From the IMG/VR virus record IMGVR_UViG_3300008267_000208, positions 1-53,787 of that record: DNA of 53,787 nucleotides; one strand, 5' to 3'. Below the pieces are notes generated by a model that was not told the origin of the DNA, searched no databases, and saw only the letters and a program-made list of their open reading frames with translations. Made by a program: the position numbers and the translations under genes. The first letter of the stretch is position 1, and each line of letters starts with the position of its first letter. This stretch comes from a virus. Lineage: Duplodnaviria; Caudoviricetes. Below, piece by piece: positions 18,803 to 29,082 of this stretch.

Positions 18803-20083
18803 TTATATTATTGACATAGTTCCGTAATTAGAACCTTTTGTCATTTTGGTTTTTAAATTATATTTTTTAAATACTTGATTAATTTGTTCTAATATGTTGT
18901 CTTCTTCATTGTAATCAATTAAAATTGCGTCATAAGTGTATAATACAATCTTTGTTGATTTGCTCTTCAATATCTTAACAATATCCCACAATATAAGAAC
19001 ATTTGTTGATGTCTCCAAGTTTTGGAGTGTATAGTTGAATAGTTTTTGAGGATTTAAATCTTTTATTTCCTTAGTTAATTTATGGTCCGAAATAGGACAT
19101 TCTATAAATCCATCTGTTTGAAACGTTTCCCATAATTTATCTACATGCTTTTGAATTAACTGAAAATAAGGTATATGTTGGTATTCCTTATATATCCCCC
19201 CATACAATTGTCTAAACATTAATATTTTTGCTTCATCTATTTCTATACCTGCTTCTCTAGCAAAATATTGATATGGTGTTTCATTTTCAAAACTATATCC
19301 TACTAATTGAGCAGCTAGTGTTGGATGGTAAGCACTAATATCTATTTCAATAAAGTAATCATTTTCAGGAATAAATGCTTCTCTACAACCATCTTCTTTC
19401 TTTAAAGCTGCAAAATTAATACCATTGAAGCTATTGGAAGGCCTTCCGGTTGTAGTATGTAAGTTATATTGGGTGTATATTGCATCATCATGTATAGAAA
19501 ACGCGTCGTTATTTGGTTCAAAGAATTTATTAAATACATCTGGATTGGTTTTGATTCCGTTTCTTTCAATTGAAAAAAACACACTGGTTAATTTATTGTA
19601 AAACTTTACATTATGGGGCGTAACACAATGTTGTTTTATTTTGTCAAAAATAAGTTCACATTTTTCATAATGTTTAACAGCAGGTATAATGGTATTTATT
19701 ATCCCTTTATCTCCATGTCTTTGATAGAAAAAATCATGTGCCGACGTATTTGGTTCAATATATTCAGGTATACCAAATGAAATATCTACGGTGTTTCTAA
19801 GTGGAAAAAAATATATAAATGATTTTCTATTGCGTACATAAATTTCCTCGTAAGAAGCAAGTAAATTGTTTATAGGCGTTTTATTCAATGATAATGTCTC
19901 GGAATGATCAAGACATACCATATATCCTTTATCGTTATTTAACGGTTTAATATATAGTAAAGATACACGATTTAATGATGGATGTATATTGTCATTAAAG
20001 TATATAGGCTCTATAAATACTTTGTCATAACCTTTATAAAATAATTCTGCTAACTGTTCGTTAGTTTCCACTACATAAAACAT
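18803..20083 (-). CDS. Short, divergent family A DNA polymerase
   Basis: TTTGRPSN, motif A EIDISAYHP, motif B AK.LMFRQLYGG, motif C LYTYDAIL. Confidence 0.8.
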   Translation of the reverse strand: MFYVVETNEQLAELFYKGYDKVFIEPIYFNDNIHPSLNRVSLLYIKPLNNDKGYMVCLDHSETLSLNKTPINNLLASYEEIYVRNRKSFIYFFPLRNTVDISFGIPEYIEPNTSAHDFFYQRHGDKGIINTIIPAVKHYEKCELIFDKIKQHCVTPHNVKFYNKLTSVFFSIERNGIKTNPDVFNKFFEPNNDAFSIHDDAIYTQYNLHTTTGRPSNSFNGINFAALKKEDGCREAFIPENDYFIEIDISAYHPTLAAQLVGYSFENETPYQYFAREAGIEIDEAKILMFRQLYGGIYKEYQHIPYFQLIQKHVDKLWETFQTDGFIECPISDHKLTKEIKDLNPQKLFNYTLQNLETSTNVLILWDIVKILKSKSTKIVLYTYDAILIDYNEEDNILEQINQVFKKYNLKTKMTKGSNYGTMSII

Positions 20084-20101
20084 AACCTATTTATTTGCCC
20101 T

Positions 20102-20132
20102 AAATATAAAAATTATTTTTATGGAATCCTAG
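20102..20132 (-). promoter_or_regulatory. Class A promoter CTAGG-N19-TATATTT
   Basis: Motif match upstream of the polymerase gene. Confidence 0.7.
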
Positions 20133-20142
20133 TTCTTTAGTT

Positions 20143-20217
20143 AAAAAAAGAAAACACCCTAGGTAGCGACTCCGTTGGGTGTTTTCATAGCCGAAGCTAT
20201 AGACGGTCCTAAGCCGT
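20143..20217 (-). ncRNA. Three-hairpin small RNA ending in an intrinsic terminator, with segments antisense to 23S rRNA H69-H70
   Basis: Hairpins ACGG-CUUAGGA-CCGU, AUAGC-UUCG-GCUAU and GAAAACACCC...GUCGCUAC...GGGUGUUUUC followed by U7. Confidence 0.7.
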
Positions 20218-20223
20218 ATATCT

Positions 20224-20640
20224 TTATATTTTACTCAATTGGAAATGCATTCCATCTTTTCTAGTCCAAGTACCACCCCAATCAAAACCAGCATCTGTAA
20301 AACATTTTACAAATCCTGCTGACAGTACTGGTGTTTTATTAAGACCATTCCATGCTGCATTCACATCAATTGCTATGCCCCAAGAATGTAGTGACATGCT
20401 AGATAAACCTCTCTTCTTTCTAATATTAAAACATCCGTCCCATGTTTTTAATTCTTTTACGAATCCTGTTGTGATGAGATTTTTAAATGCTAGTGAAAGT
20501 GGAGCAACTAAGTCTTTATTGCAATATAATCTTTTAGGTATAACACCTATTTCTAATTCAGTTGGTACATCCCATAGAACCATATTAGATTCTTTTGTTG
20601 GATCGCCATATTTTTTTAATGCTTGTTGTGAAGTTACCAT
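20224..20640 (-). CDS. M15-family Zn peptidase, probable endolysin
   Basis: R...SLHSWGIAIDVN...WGG.W...DGMHFQ. Confidence 0.9.
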   Translation of the reverse strand: MVTSQQALKKYGDPTKESNMVLWDVPTELEIGVIPKRLYCNKDLVAPLSLAFKNLITTGFVKELKTWDGCFNIRKKRGLSSMSLHSWGIAIDVNAAWNGLNKTPVLSAGFVKCFTDAGFDWGGTWTRKDGMHFQLSKI

Positions 20641-21248
20641 TATTTATAATATTTTGTGAAATCGTTTCTTAAATACTCTGAGAGCATTGGTAATTTTTGT
20701 TGTTTACTTGTTAACTCAGTTATATTTTTGTTTGTTATAAATACTTGAGATTTATCTCCTGTTAACTGCCAAGGTAAATTAAATGGTTGGTATAGTTGAT
20801 ATAGAATACTTGAATCTTTATTTACTAATTTATCGTGTGTATCTTTATTGATTTCAAGATAAATAATTTCATTGGTTTTTTTACAAAAATATCTTCTGTA
20901 TTCTCCTATTTGGTAATCGGTTTGGGTTGGAATATTAGGAGAGAAAGTTGGTATTGATATAATTTGGTCTACATCGATTTTTTGTATATCAATATATTCC
21001 GCTGTTCGAATATCTTCTTGATTTATATTTAATATTATATCTGAATTCTGGGAAATTGAAGTTGAAGAATATTCAAATACAGGAATAAGTTTTTCTGAGG
21101 GAAGATCTTGAGGGGTTCTACCCGTAAATAATTCTTTTTTAGATGTTTTCCAATAGTATCCTATGTAATTTTCTTTTGTAGATGAGTAAACATATTCACC
21201 TCCATTAGTGTATAAATTTGCTTGTATTTGAGATAAAGGATAATACAT
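20640..21248 (-). CDS. Hypothetical protein (baseplate region)
   Basis: 202-aa ORF in the late operon. Confidence 0.7.
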   Translation of the reverse strand: MYYPLSQIQANLYTNGGEYVYSSTKENYIGYYWKTSKKELFTGRTPQDLPSEKLIPVFEYSSTSISQNSDIILNINQEDIRTAEYIDIQKIDVDQIISIPTFSPNIPTQTDYQIGEYRRYFCKKTNEIIYLEINKDTHDKLVNKDSSILYQLYQPFNLPWQLTGDKSQVFITNKNITELTSKQQKLPMLSEYLRNDFTKYYK

Positions 21249-21250
21249 TT

Positions 21251-24050
21251 TTAAATTCTATTTGAAACGTGAACGTGATCATCATGATTTGCAAATCCAA
21301 AAGTTAATAATGCTTTTGGATTTCCTTTTTCGACATTTTTCTTATATCCTAATCTTTGAAGAGCAGCAACAAATTCATCTATTTTTGCTCGATTAGAAGC
21401 TCTTGGGTTAACAGCTATTCCATCTATTATTGCTATATCTACTGCATCTCCAGCAGTATGGCGACTTGGAGGAGTTGATTTATGTCCGCTTATTGCGGTT
21501 GTAATACTTACTACAACTCCCGCATCTACTGCTGCTTTACTTATATCTCTTAATAAACTATCTTTTATAGGATCTTTTGAAGGTGTAGATCCTCTTACTA
21601 CTCCATCTTTAAAATTTACATTAGGATATTTAGCATTAACTGTTCTTACACCATTAGAAGGAGATGGTGGATTAGTAGTAGTAGATGAAGGTTTTGATTG
21701 ACCTTGAGGATTAATATTTTTTGATACTGTTTCAGTGTATTCTCCTTTAGATATACAATATGAATCTAAAGTAGTAACCCATTTATTATTTTCTATTTTA
21801 TGTTCTAGATTTTTTATTAAAAACTCAACTGTTTCAGGATAATTAGATGGCAGGATAATTAGATGGCAAATAAGCAGCATCAATTAAAAACTTACTATTA
21901 ATTTTCATACCTGAAAGTCCATCCATAGTTAAAGATAAATTGAATGGAATGAATCCAGTTCCTGGTTGGAGATTGGGTTTTAGTGTTTTAGGATCTGCAC
22001 CTTTTTTTACTAATTCATAATTTACATATGCATCGTGATAAAGTTGCTCATATTTAATTAAAGTAGTTATAGAATCTTTATAAGTATCGATTTCATCATC
22101 TGAATAAGTAAATTTTTCAAGGGATACTAAATATTTTACAAATGGCACATATACTCCTTCAAATTGATTTTTCATTTGAGCATATATGTCTTCATATTTT
22201 GTTACTAAATCTACCTTTTTAGTAGATCCATCATTTGTGTTTGAAATTAAATCTTTATATCTATCTTTTAATCCATTATTTAATCGGGATAAAGCAGTAG
22301 CGTTTTCTCCAACTGCTGAGCTATTAGCAGCAGCTGCTACTGTTATCATAGTAGACATAGCAGGAGAAAGTTCAGTTTTGAATCTAAAATCTCTTATAAA
22401 ACCTGACTGGTTATTATCTGGATTATATCCATATAGATAAAATTTAGCGTATTTATTATCTATATCATACGTATTTGATTGAATGCTTCCTGATCGAGCA
22501 AAGTGTTCTATTAATTTTTCACTATTAGGAAAAGGATTTTTATCAATGATTTTTATAGTATTGGTTATTTCATCAACAAATACTTCTAACTGATTCATTC
22601 CTCCTAATGCTCCATTAATTCCACTTACAATGCTTTTTAAAAAATCTATTAGAGCTACACTATTGGTTTCAACATCTACTAATTGATCAAGTTTATCTAA
22701 AATAAATCTAAAATTAACATATATGTTCATTATTTGACCATATTCTGATTTGCTAGAAGTGGAAATTTCAGAAAAAATAAATGGTTCTCCATCGGGTAAA
22801 AAATTATAAGTAAAGTTATTATCTATTAATACTTTACTAACAACGCACACTCTAGGATCTACACTTATTTGTAAAGGATTTAAATACATTAAATTAGATT
22901 CAGTATCGTAGTCAAATTTCATTAACGGAAGAGTTTTGTCTCCTGTTGTTACCTGATACATTACATATTTTTCTATGAATTCTAGAAAATTTCCTAGTCT
23001 GCAGTAATATTGGTGGAAGTTTGATGCTTTAATTGCATCTTTTCTTATTCCATCTACCGTTCCCGTTGTATTAATAGTAGGATTACTAAAATCAAAATTC
23101 CTTACAGTATCCGAACCATAAGGAATAAGGCTGCTCATAGTTTTAAGATATTGACCTATGTTGCTTCTAAAGGAGGCAACTTCAATTAATTCTGTTGTAG
23201 TAAGAGGAGCTCCACTTGATGATATAGCTGATGGGGTACCATTAACCATATTTGGGGAGAGAATATTGGTTTTAAAAGACTCAATTACGTCTCCAATACT
23301 TACTAAATCTAAAGTAATATCATAACTTCCATCTACATTAAAAGACCAATGAATATTGGAAACTTTAGCAAACATGGCATCATAATTTCCTTGAGAAGTT
23401 TTACGTTTTTGATTTATTTTTTTAAGAAATTCACCATATGAATTGCCTCCTTTTAAAAAATCACTTGCTAAACTATTATCTAAATCAGATCCTTTTTGTA
23501 ATACTCCATCATTAGTATAGTACATAGAATGTCCCCATTCTAATAAAACACTAAATCCTAATCTTAAATATAAAACATCTATAATATCAAATTGACTTTT
23601 ATTGAAAGCTTTAATTTGTACTGTTGCTCTTCTTAATGAACCTCTATTTTCATGTTTTATATGAGCAGATTTTATACCCATCATTGGGCGTAAACCAAAC
23701 TCTGTTCCCCCAATGCCGTATGCTGTAGATCCTAATATGCTGTTTCTTTCTGAAATTCCACTAAATAGTGTATTTCCACTATCTGATGTTCCATTAAACA
23801 GAACAAATCTTTCAGCTAATATATTATCTGATATTCCATCAATCTCTCTTAATGATATATTATTAATAATATCTTGCTTAATAATGTCTGTTGAAGATAC
23901 TAATTTTACCCATGAAGTATTAGCATTTAAATATACTATTTCTTCTGGGGTTCTTGTGCCTCCATCAACATATCCTGAACCATATATTTTTTGTCGTTGG
24001 TCAACCTGTTCATTTATTTCTTTGGGGAAACCTTCACCTAATAAATTCAT
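21251..24050 (-). CDS. Baseplate hub-like protein with a C-terminal M15-like peptidase domain, interrupted by a 16-bp tandem duplication
   Basis: ORFs 21843..24050 and 21251..21883 join in frame (YLPSNYP|ETVEF) when one repeat copy is removed. The C-terminus has SRH..GDAVDI...HDDHVH. Confidence 0.7.
21835..21866. repeat. Perfect 16-bp tandem duplication
   Basis: caggataattagatgg x2. Confidence 0.95.
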
Positions 24051-24053
24051 AAC

Positions 24054-24380
24054 TTATAAATTATTCAAAATCTTAAAACTGTTTATTACTCCAACATAAT
24101 TTGCAGGGATACGAATTTGCATTGCTTCGGGAATAATTAATGAATCTTGGGGTAGATCTGAAGGTAGAGAAGTACCTGCTACTGCTGTATTAGCAATAGA
24201 AATAATCCACCATAATGATTGATCTCCGTAGTATTGTTGAGCTAACACATCAAATCTATCACCTTGAGTTGTATAAACATATGTATCGTTATCTGATAGG
24301 GGAATCTCAGGATACTTAGTTGTTTGATAACTAGGTTTCTTATCTATTACAGTTGTAGAAATTGATTGGTAACGATTCAT
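24054..24380 (-). CDS. LysM-like baseplate wedge protein (gp53 / tail X-like)
   Basis: GDRFDVLAQQYYGDQSLWWIISIAN...QIRIP. Confidence 0.8.
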   Translation of the reverse strand: MNRYQSISTTVIDKKPSYQTTKYPEIPLSDNDTYVYTTQGDRFDVLAQQYYGDQSLWWIISIANTAVAGTSLPSDLPQDSLIIPEAMQIRIPANYVGVINSFKILNNL

Positions 24381-24386
24381 AATATT

Positions 24387-26162
24387 TTATGTTACTATTG
24401 CTCCCTCTATAGGTTGAATGCCACTAAATCCTCCGGCTGGTGGGATAATTGAAACATTTTCTTGATCATTGGTATTATCATAATTGGTGGTTTTGGCTCT
24501 CAATGCTATAAATCTTTCATCTCCATATTCTGAGATACTGTTATTTATACCTTCATATATATTTTGTTGTAATCTTGGTACAAAATCATGTATTGGTATA
24601 AAGTTAAATCCGTTAACTTTAATCAAATGTGGAAGTTCTTTAACTGAATCGTCATTTCCTCCTTCATCATTGATTCCTATTTCCCAAGTTGCATTATCTT
24701 CATTCATTTCATAACTAAAACCAGTTATAATACCAGGTTGCTCATGAAAATACCCTCCAATTGTTAATGTAACAATATTTCCTCTCATGTATCCACTATC
24801 ACTATAATCTGGAGCACAAACTGATGCTAAATAGTTCAATTTTTTATACATTGGAATCAGTTCAGCTTTTGATTGAGCTGCTACCGTCCAAGATAATGAA
24901 ACTTTTCTATCAAACCCAGTGTAATTATAGAATTTTTCACCTCTTCCTATATATCTTGTATCACTCCATTCTGAAGCATATGTATCTGAGATTTGGTTTA
25001 TGAATGCTCTAAAATGAATGTAATTTTTCTTAAATGGATTATCTGTTCTTAAATCGTATACTCCTATTCTAAATTTTACTAAATCATTTACAATGGGGTT
25101 ATCAAATACGTTTTCACTTTGATATATAGGATATATATTTATTTTATCATATGAAGATATAGATGCTGCTCCAAATGGGGATTTACTTTCAAAAGCTCCT
25201 GAAGTGTAACTTCTTAAATCTTTGACTTTTGTGTCTCCTGGGGTTCCTAAGTTTACTCGTTGTTCAATATTTTGAGATGTATAATCTGGGGATTTAGTAG
25301 TTATGCCTAATCCTTCTGGACTTAGTCCTCTTTTTCTTAATAATGCTCTAAAATCCCCAACAACAGATGTAGATCTATTTTGAATTACAAATGACTCATT
25401 CGGAACTGCAAAATCTTGAGAGATTGGGATTTCAAATATTTCTTTATTAGTATAAGTAAGAACATTGTTTTGATCTAATTTATTACCAGACTCAAATGTT
25501 TTATCAGTATAAACAGTTCTTTGATCTGCAAATCTAATATTTGTTTTTCCTATTCCTAATATAGAACCTGGTCCTCCTCCATACGATATTAAATTACCTT
25601 GGAGATTATTAAGTGAAACTCCATTAAATCCAAAATTATTGGTGGTGGAGTTTGTAGATATAAGACTTTGGAGTTTTACTAATCTATTTAAATCTATATT
25701 TTGCTCTGGGGTTACTTTGACCCCATATAAATTTTCATTATCTGAGGTAGGACCTGTTGAAGCAAATGGGTTTAAACCTTGTTTATTAACATGCAGCCCA
25801 AAAGCATTTCCACCGGCTTGTGTTAATGTACTTAAAGGAGTATATATTCCTTCATTTAACAAACCACTAGTTTGAGTTTTAACAGCTGTTCTAGAAAGTA
25901 AATTTTGTTTTGCTACAAATAAAATCCCACTTGGGTTTTTAGTATCTGTAAAATATTTACCTAATCTCTCAACATCTATAAGTGAGTCCGTTACGGCTTT
26001 ACTTCCACCTCTTAGGATAAAATCCTGGTCTAGAAAGCCATATTCTCCAAGTTCATCAGGAATGGGGGTTTGAATGTAAGGTTGATTTGAAGAACCTCCA
26101 TCAAATTGATCATTCCCATACTTAAGAGACTTAAGATTGGTTTTGAGATTAATTAATGCCAT
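24387..26162 (-). CDS. Baseplate / tube-initiator-like structural protein
   Basis: FRAFI..ISD.Y...W...Y.GRGE.FY.Y.GFDR and LTIG...PG.I; lies downstream of the tape measure gene. Confidence 0.6.
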   Translation of the reverse strand: MALINLKTNLKSLKYGNDQFDGGSSNQPYIQTPIPDELGEYGFLDQDFILRGGSKAVTDSLIDVERLGKYFTDTKNPSGILFVAKQNLLSRTAVKTQTSGLLNEGIYTPLSTLTQAGGNAFGLHVNKQGLNPFASTGPTSDNENLYGVKVTPEQNIDLNRLVKLQSLISTNSTTNNFGFNGVSLNNLQGNLISYGGGPGSILGIGKTNIRFADQRTVYTDKTFESGNKLDQNNVLTYTNKEIFEIPISQDFAVPNESFVIQNRSTSVVGDFRALLRKRGLSPEGLGITTKSPDYTSQNIEQRVNLGTPGDTKVKDLRSYTSGAFESKSPFGAASISSYDKINIYPIYQSENVFDNPIVNDLVKFRIGVYDLRTDNPFKKNYIHFRAFINQISDTYASEWSDTRYIGRGEKFYNYTGFDRKVSLSWTVAAQSKAELIPMYKKLNYLASVCAPDYSDSGYMRGNIVTLTIGGYFHEQPGIITGFSYEMNEDNATWEIGINDEGGNDDSVKELPHLIKVNGFNFIPIHDFVPRLQQNIYEGINNSISEYGDERFIALRAKTTNYDNTNDQENVSIIPPAGGFSGIQPIEGAIVT

Positions 26163-26488
26163 TAACCAGGTAGGTTATTGAGATATTGACCTTGAGCAAA
26201 TGTATTATTGATTGATCCTACACTTGGATCGCTTAATGGACCTGTTGGGATAGCTCCATCAATATCTAATAATGAAGGTTTTGGTAAAATGTTATTTACA
26301 CCATCATTGTATTGTTGAAATGCAGCATTTACTTCTGAAAAATCAGAACCATCTAATGAATAACCGGGTGCACTCCCATCCGCATGTAATTTTGACTGTT
26401 GAGTTGCTCCTGGGTTTGTTGATGGAGTTTGTCCATTACCATATGAGTAAGTTGAACCGTCCATTGTTAATTTATCTAAAAGTCCCAT
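26162..26488 (-). CDS. Hypothetical virion protein
   Basis: 108-aa ORF behind an ATATTTAT motif. Confidence 0.65.
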   Translation of the reverse strand: MGLLDKLTMDGSTYSYGNGQTPSTNPGATQQSKLHADGSAPGYSLDGSDFSEVNAAFQQYNDGVNNILPKPSLLDIDGAIPTGPLSDPSVGSINNTFAQGQYLNNLPG

Positions 26489-26501
26489 ATTTGTTTTTAT
26501 T

Positions 26502-26509
26502 ATAAATAT
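26502..26509 (-). promoter_or_regulatory. Class B (probably late) promoter motif ATATTTAT, representative copy
   Basis: Also at 977, 8660, 18329, 18757, 28750, 29811, 30392, 32186, 32489, 35858, 38960, 41349, 46541, 47701 and 51217, each shortly upstream of an ATG. Confidence 0.7.
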
Positions 26510-26514
26510 TGTGT

Positions 26515-28728
26515 TTATTGAGTTTTATATGTTCCAACTGTTACTGCTGTGCCTACTTTAGTAGAATCCATATATACTGATCCTTCTTTTGCTAAAATTT
26601 GGTTTAATACTGCTTTTACATTTTGCATTTCTACTACTAATGGAGAAATATCTGTTCCTCCTCCTCCACCACCACCTCCAGGAGATGATCTGCCTATGTT
26701 AGTTCCAATGACCATACCGTCATTTTTATCTAATTGGTATGTGCCTTTTTTAGTTGAAACTATTGTTTCACCCCCAGGCCCTATTATACCATCGCTCATC
26801 TTTGAATATACAACTCCTCCTACTACTGCGGCAGCTGCTAAACCTGCTAACGCGCCGATTGGATTCATAACTGCCCATGCTACTGCCATACCTGCAAGTA
26901 TTGCTGCTATTGAGGCGGCAACTATTTTTAAAGCACTAAATGCTACTTTCAATCTTTCAGTATTAGAAACAAAATTTACTATTTTATCTAACATTTTAGC
27001 CATAGGCCCTTCAACTAGACTTGCAACCATATTTTTTAACTTATCTATAGCTGCGTTAAATTTATCTTGGGCTGATATTCTTTCTAATGCTGATTGTGCT
27101 TGTTCTTCGTTTCCGATAGATGCCATTAATTGGTTAGCTTCTTCTACTTTTCCTGCAGCTTTTAATTCTTCAACTTTTGCTTTTATTTGAGCTTGAGTCT
27201 GTTCACCTAATTTATTTAAATTTTCTTGTTGTACCAAAGAATTAGCTAATTCATCGGCATTCATTCCTAAAGCTTTAGCTAAAGCCTCCTGTTGAATGAC
27301 ATTCATTTTAGAAAATTCAGCTGTTCCTCCTACTTGTTTAAGTATTTCAGCAGCTGCTTCTGCTGATTTACCATTTAGTGCTAATAATCTTGCTTGTTCT
27401 AAATTTAAATCTTTACCAGTAACTAATTCTGCTTCTAGTTCGTTTGCAATTGATGATTCAAAATCAAGCAAACCTTCCGCCATTTTTTTAGCTTGGTCTA
27501 AACTTATTCCTAATTTTTGAGTTTGTACAACCGCTTGTGCTATTAATCCTGGATTATTTTGGTATTGTAATCTTAATTGTCCTGAGATTTTGGCTACTTC
27601 ACCTAGTACTTTTTTATTATCTAGTTGAATTCCGGTTTGTTTGGCTAAAGAAGAGGTTTGTTTAATTGTAGATTTTACAACTTGATCTGCTGTTAATCCA
27701 TTGGACATAGCTATCTGTTGTAAACTTGCAGCTTCATCTACTGATAGTCCTATTTGTTTTGTTAAATATACTTGGTCTTTAACTTGTTGTTCACTAAACC
27801 CTCGAGTTGCACCAAAAGCACTTGCTAATTCTAGCTGGGCTGCTACTAAATTTTCTGTAGTTTCAAAAAGACTATTACCTGTGTTTTGAATTTCAACAAA
27901 TCTATCTCTTAAAGCTGTAGCTTCCTCTTTTGAGATAGCCATAGATTTAGATAAATTTGTAACTTGAGTATCTGCTTTAAATCCTAATTCTACTAAAGTT
28001 TTAAATGCTTTAATTATTAATCCTATAACTACTAGTGGGTCAGTAAGACTTGACAATAAACTTTTCCCCAAAGAACCTAATCCTGCACCTAATGCTGTAA
28101 GTCTGTTTCCACCTTCTGCTATGTTTTTATTCATAGCCTCTAATGCTGCATTTGTATCAACAAGATTTCCTAAAATTGGAATTTTAGATATCCCTTTTAT
28201 TAATTTCCCGGCAATTCCTAATTTTTGATTTATTCTTTCTTGTTCAGAGACTTGTTCTTGTAGTTGATCTACTTGTGTATTATTATATCCTTCAAGTTTT
28301 ATATATTCATTGATTAAAGTTCTTTGTTCATCTGTTAAACTAGAAGAAAGACTTAATGCTTCATCTTTTAAATTATTGATGTCTACTAAAACTCCACGCT
28401 CTTGGGATAAATGGGTAACCAATTGAGTAGCAAGAGCAGTTTGTTTAATATCTATCTGTTGGATTTGATTTTTAACATTCTTAACATCCAATAATCCTTG
28501 TCTAAGTTTAACTGCGTTGGATGCTATATCATCTGTTACTTTAGCCATTTTGTTAAACCTAGACTGAATATCTTTAGCGGTGGATTGAGATATTCTATCC
28601 ATTCCAGTCATTGCTGTTTCAAAAGCTGTTTGAATATTATCTGTAATGCTTCTTAAAGCATCTTCTACAATGGAGGCGGTTTGTAAAGCCCTATCTCTTA
28701 AATCATCTGGATTGTTTGGTGCAGCCAT
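26515..28728 (-). CDS. Tape measure protein
   Basis: Ala/Gln/Leu-rich helical protein with hydrophobic segments; follows the tube and chaperone genes. Confidence 0.8.
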   Translation of the reverse strand: MAAPNNPDDLRDRALQTASIVEDALRSITDNIQTAFETAMTGMDRISQSTAKDIQSRFNKMAKVTDDIASNAVKLRQGLLDVKNVKNQIQQIDIKQTALATQLVTHLSQERGVLVDINNLKDEALSLSSSLTDEQRTLINEYIKLEGYNNTQVDQLQEQVSEQERINQKLGIAGKLIKGISKIPILGNLVDTNAALEAMNKNIAEGGNRLTALGAGLGSLGKSLLSSLTDPLVVIGLIIKAFKTLVELGFKADTQVTNLSKSMAISKEEATALRDRFVEIQNTGNSLFETTENLVAAQLELASAFGATRGFSEQQVKDQVYLTKQIGLSVDEAASLQQIAMSNGLTADQVVKSTIKQTSSLAKQTGIQLDNKKVLGEVAKISGQLRLQYQNNPGLIAQAVVQTQKLGISLDQAKKMAEGLLDFESSIANELEAELVTGKDLNLEQARLLALNGKSAEAAAEILKQVGGTAEFSKMNVIQQEALAKALGMNADELANSLVQQENLNKLGEQTQAQIKAKVEELKAAGKVEEANQLMASIGNEEQAQSALERISAQDKFNAAIDKLKNMVASLVEGPMAKMLDKIVNFVSNTERLKVAFSALKIVAASIAAILAGMAVAWAVMNPIGALAGLAAAAVVGGVVYSKMSDGIIGPGGETIVSTKKGTYQLDKNDGMVIGTNIGRSSPGGGGGGGGTDISPLVVEMQNVKAVLNQILAKEGSVYMDSTKVGTAVTVGTYKTQ

Positions 28729-28760
28729 TAACTAAATTTATTATATGTTATAAATATTAA

Positions 28761-29082
28761 CTATTTATATTTTGTTGTTGGTTTACCAGAAGGGGTAACG
28801 GGTTTTGGAACACTCCCCCAATTTTCACGATTTATATTTCCTGATGGATCAATTAATGTTGATTTATTACCACCATCTTTAGAAGATGCCTTTTCATATG
28901 CTTCATTTTCTTTTTGATAAAATTCATTTATTTTATTAAAAGTGAATTGGCGCAACCATCTAGGCATAGCATAGACAGTTGGCCAATCATATCCTCCTTT
29001 TCCATAAAAACAAATTTCATGAATTTGGGTAAATAAATTTGCTCTTACTATTGGAGCGGTATCAGAAGTCAGGCCAAAAAAA
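28761..29082 (-). CDS. Tail assembly chaperone C-terminal extension, probably reached by frameshift
   Basis: No convincing start codon at its 5' end; overlaps the upstream ORF at a T7 run; W..VY.MP.W.R motif. Confidence 0.6.

Noticed and set aside
20143-20217. rRNA gene fragment or intact I-CeuI site
   Set aside because: The matches are two short segments in permuted order embedded in hairpins. The tetraloop and U-tract indicate the antisense strand is the RNA.
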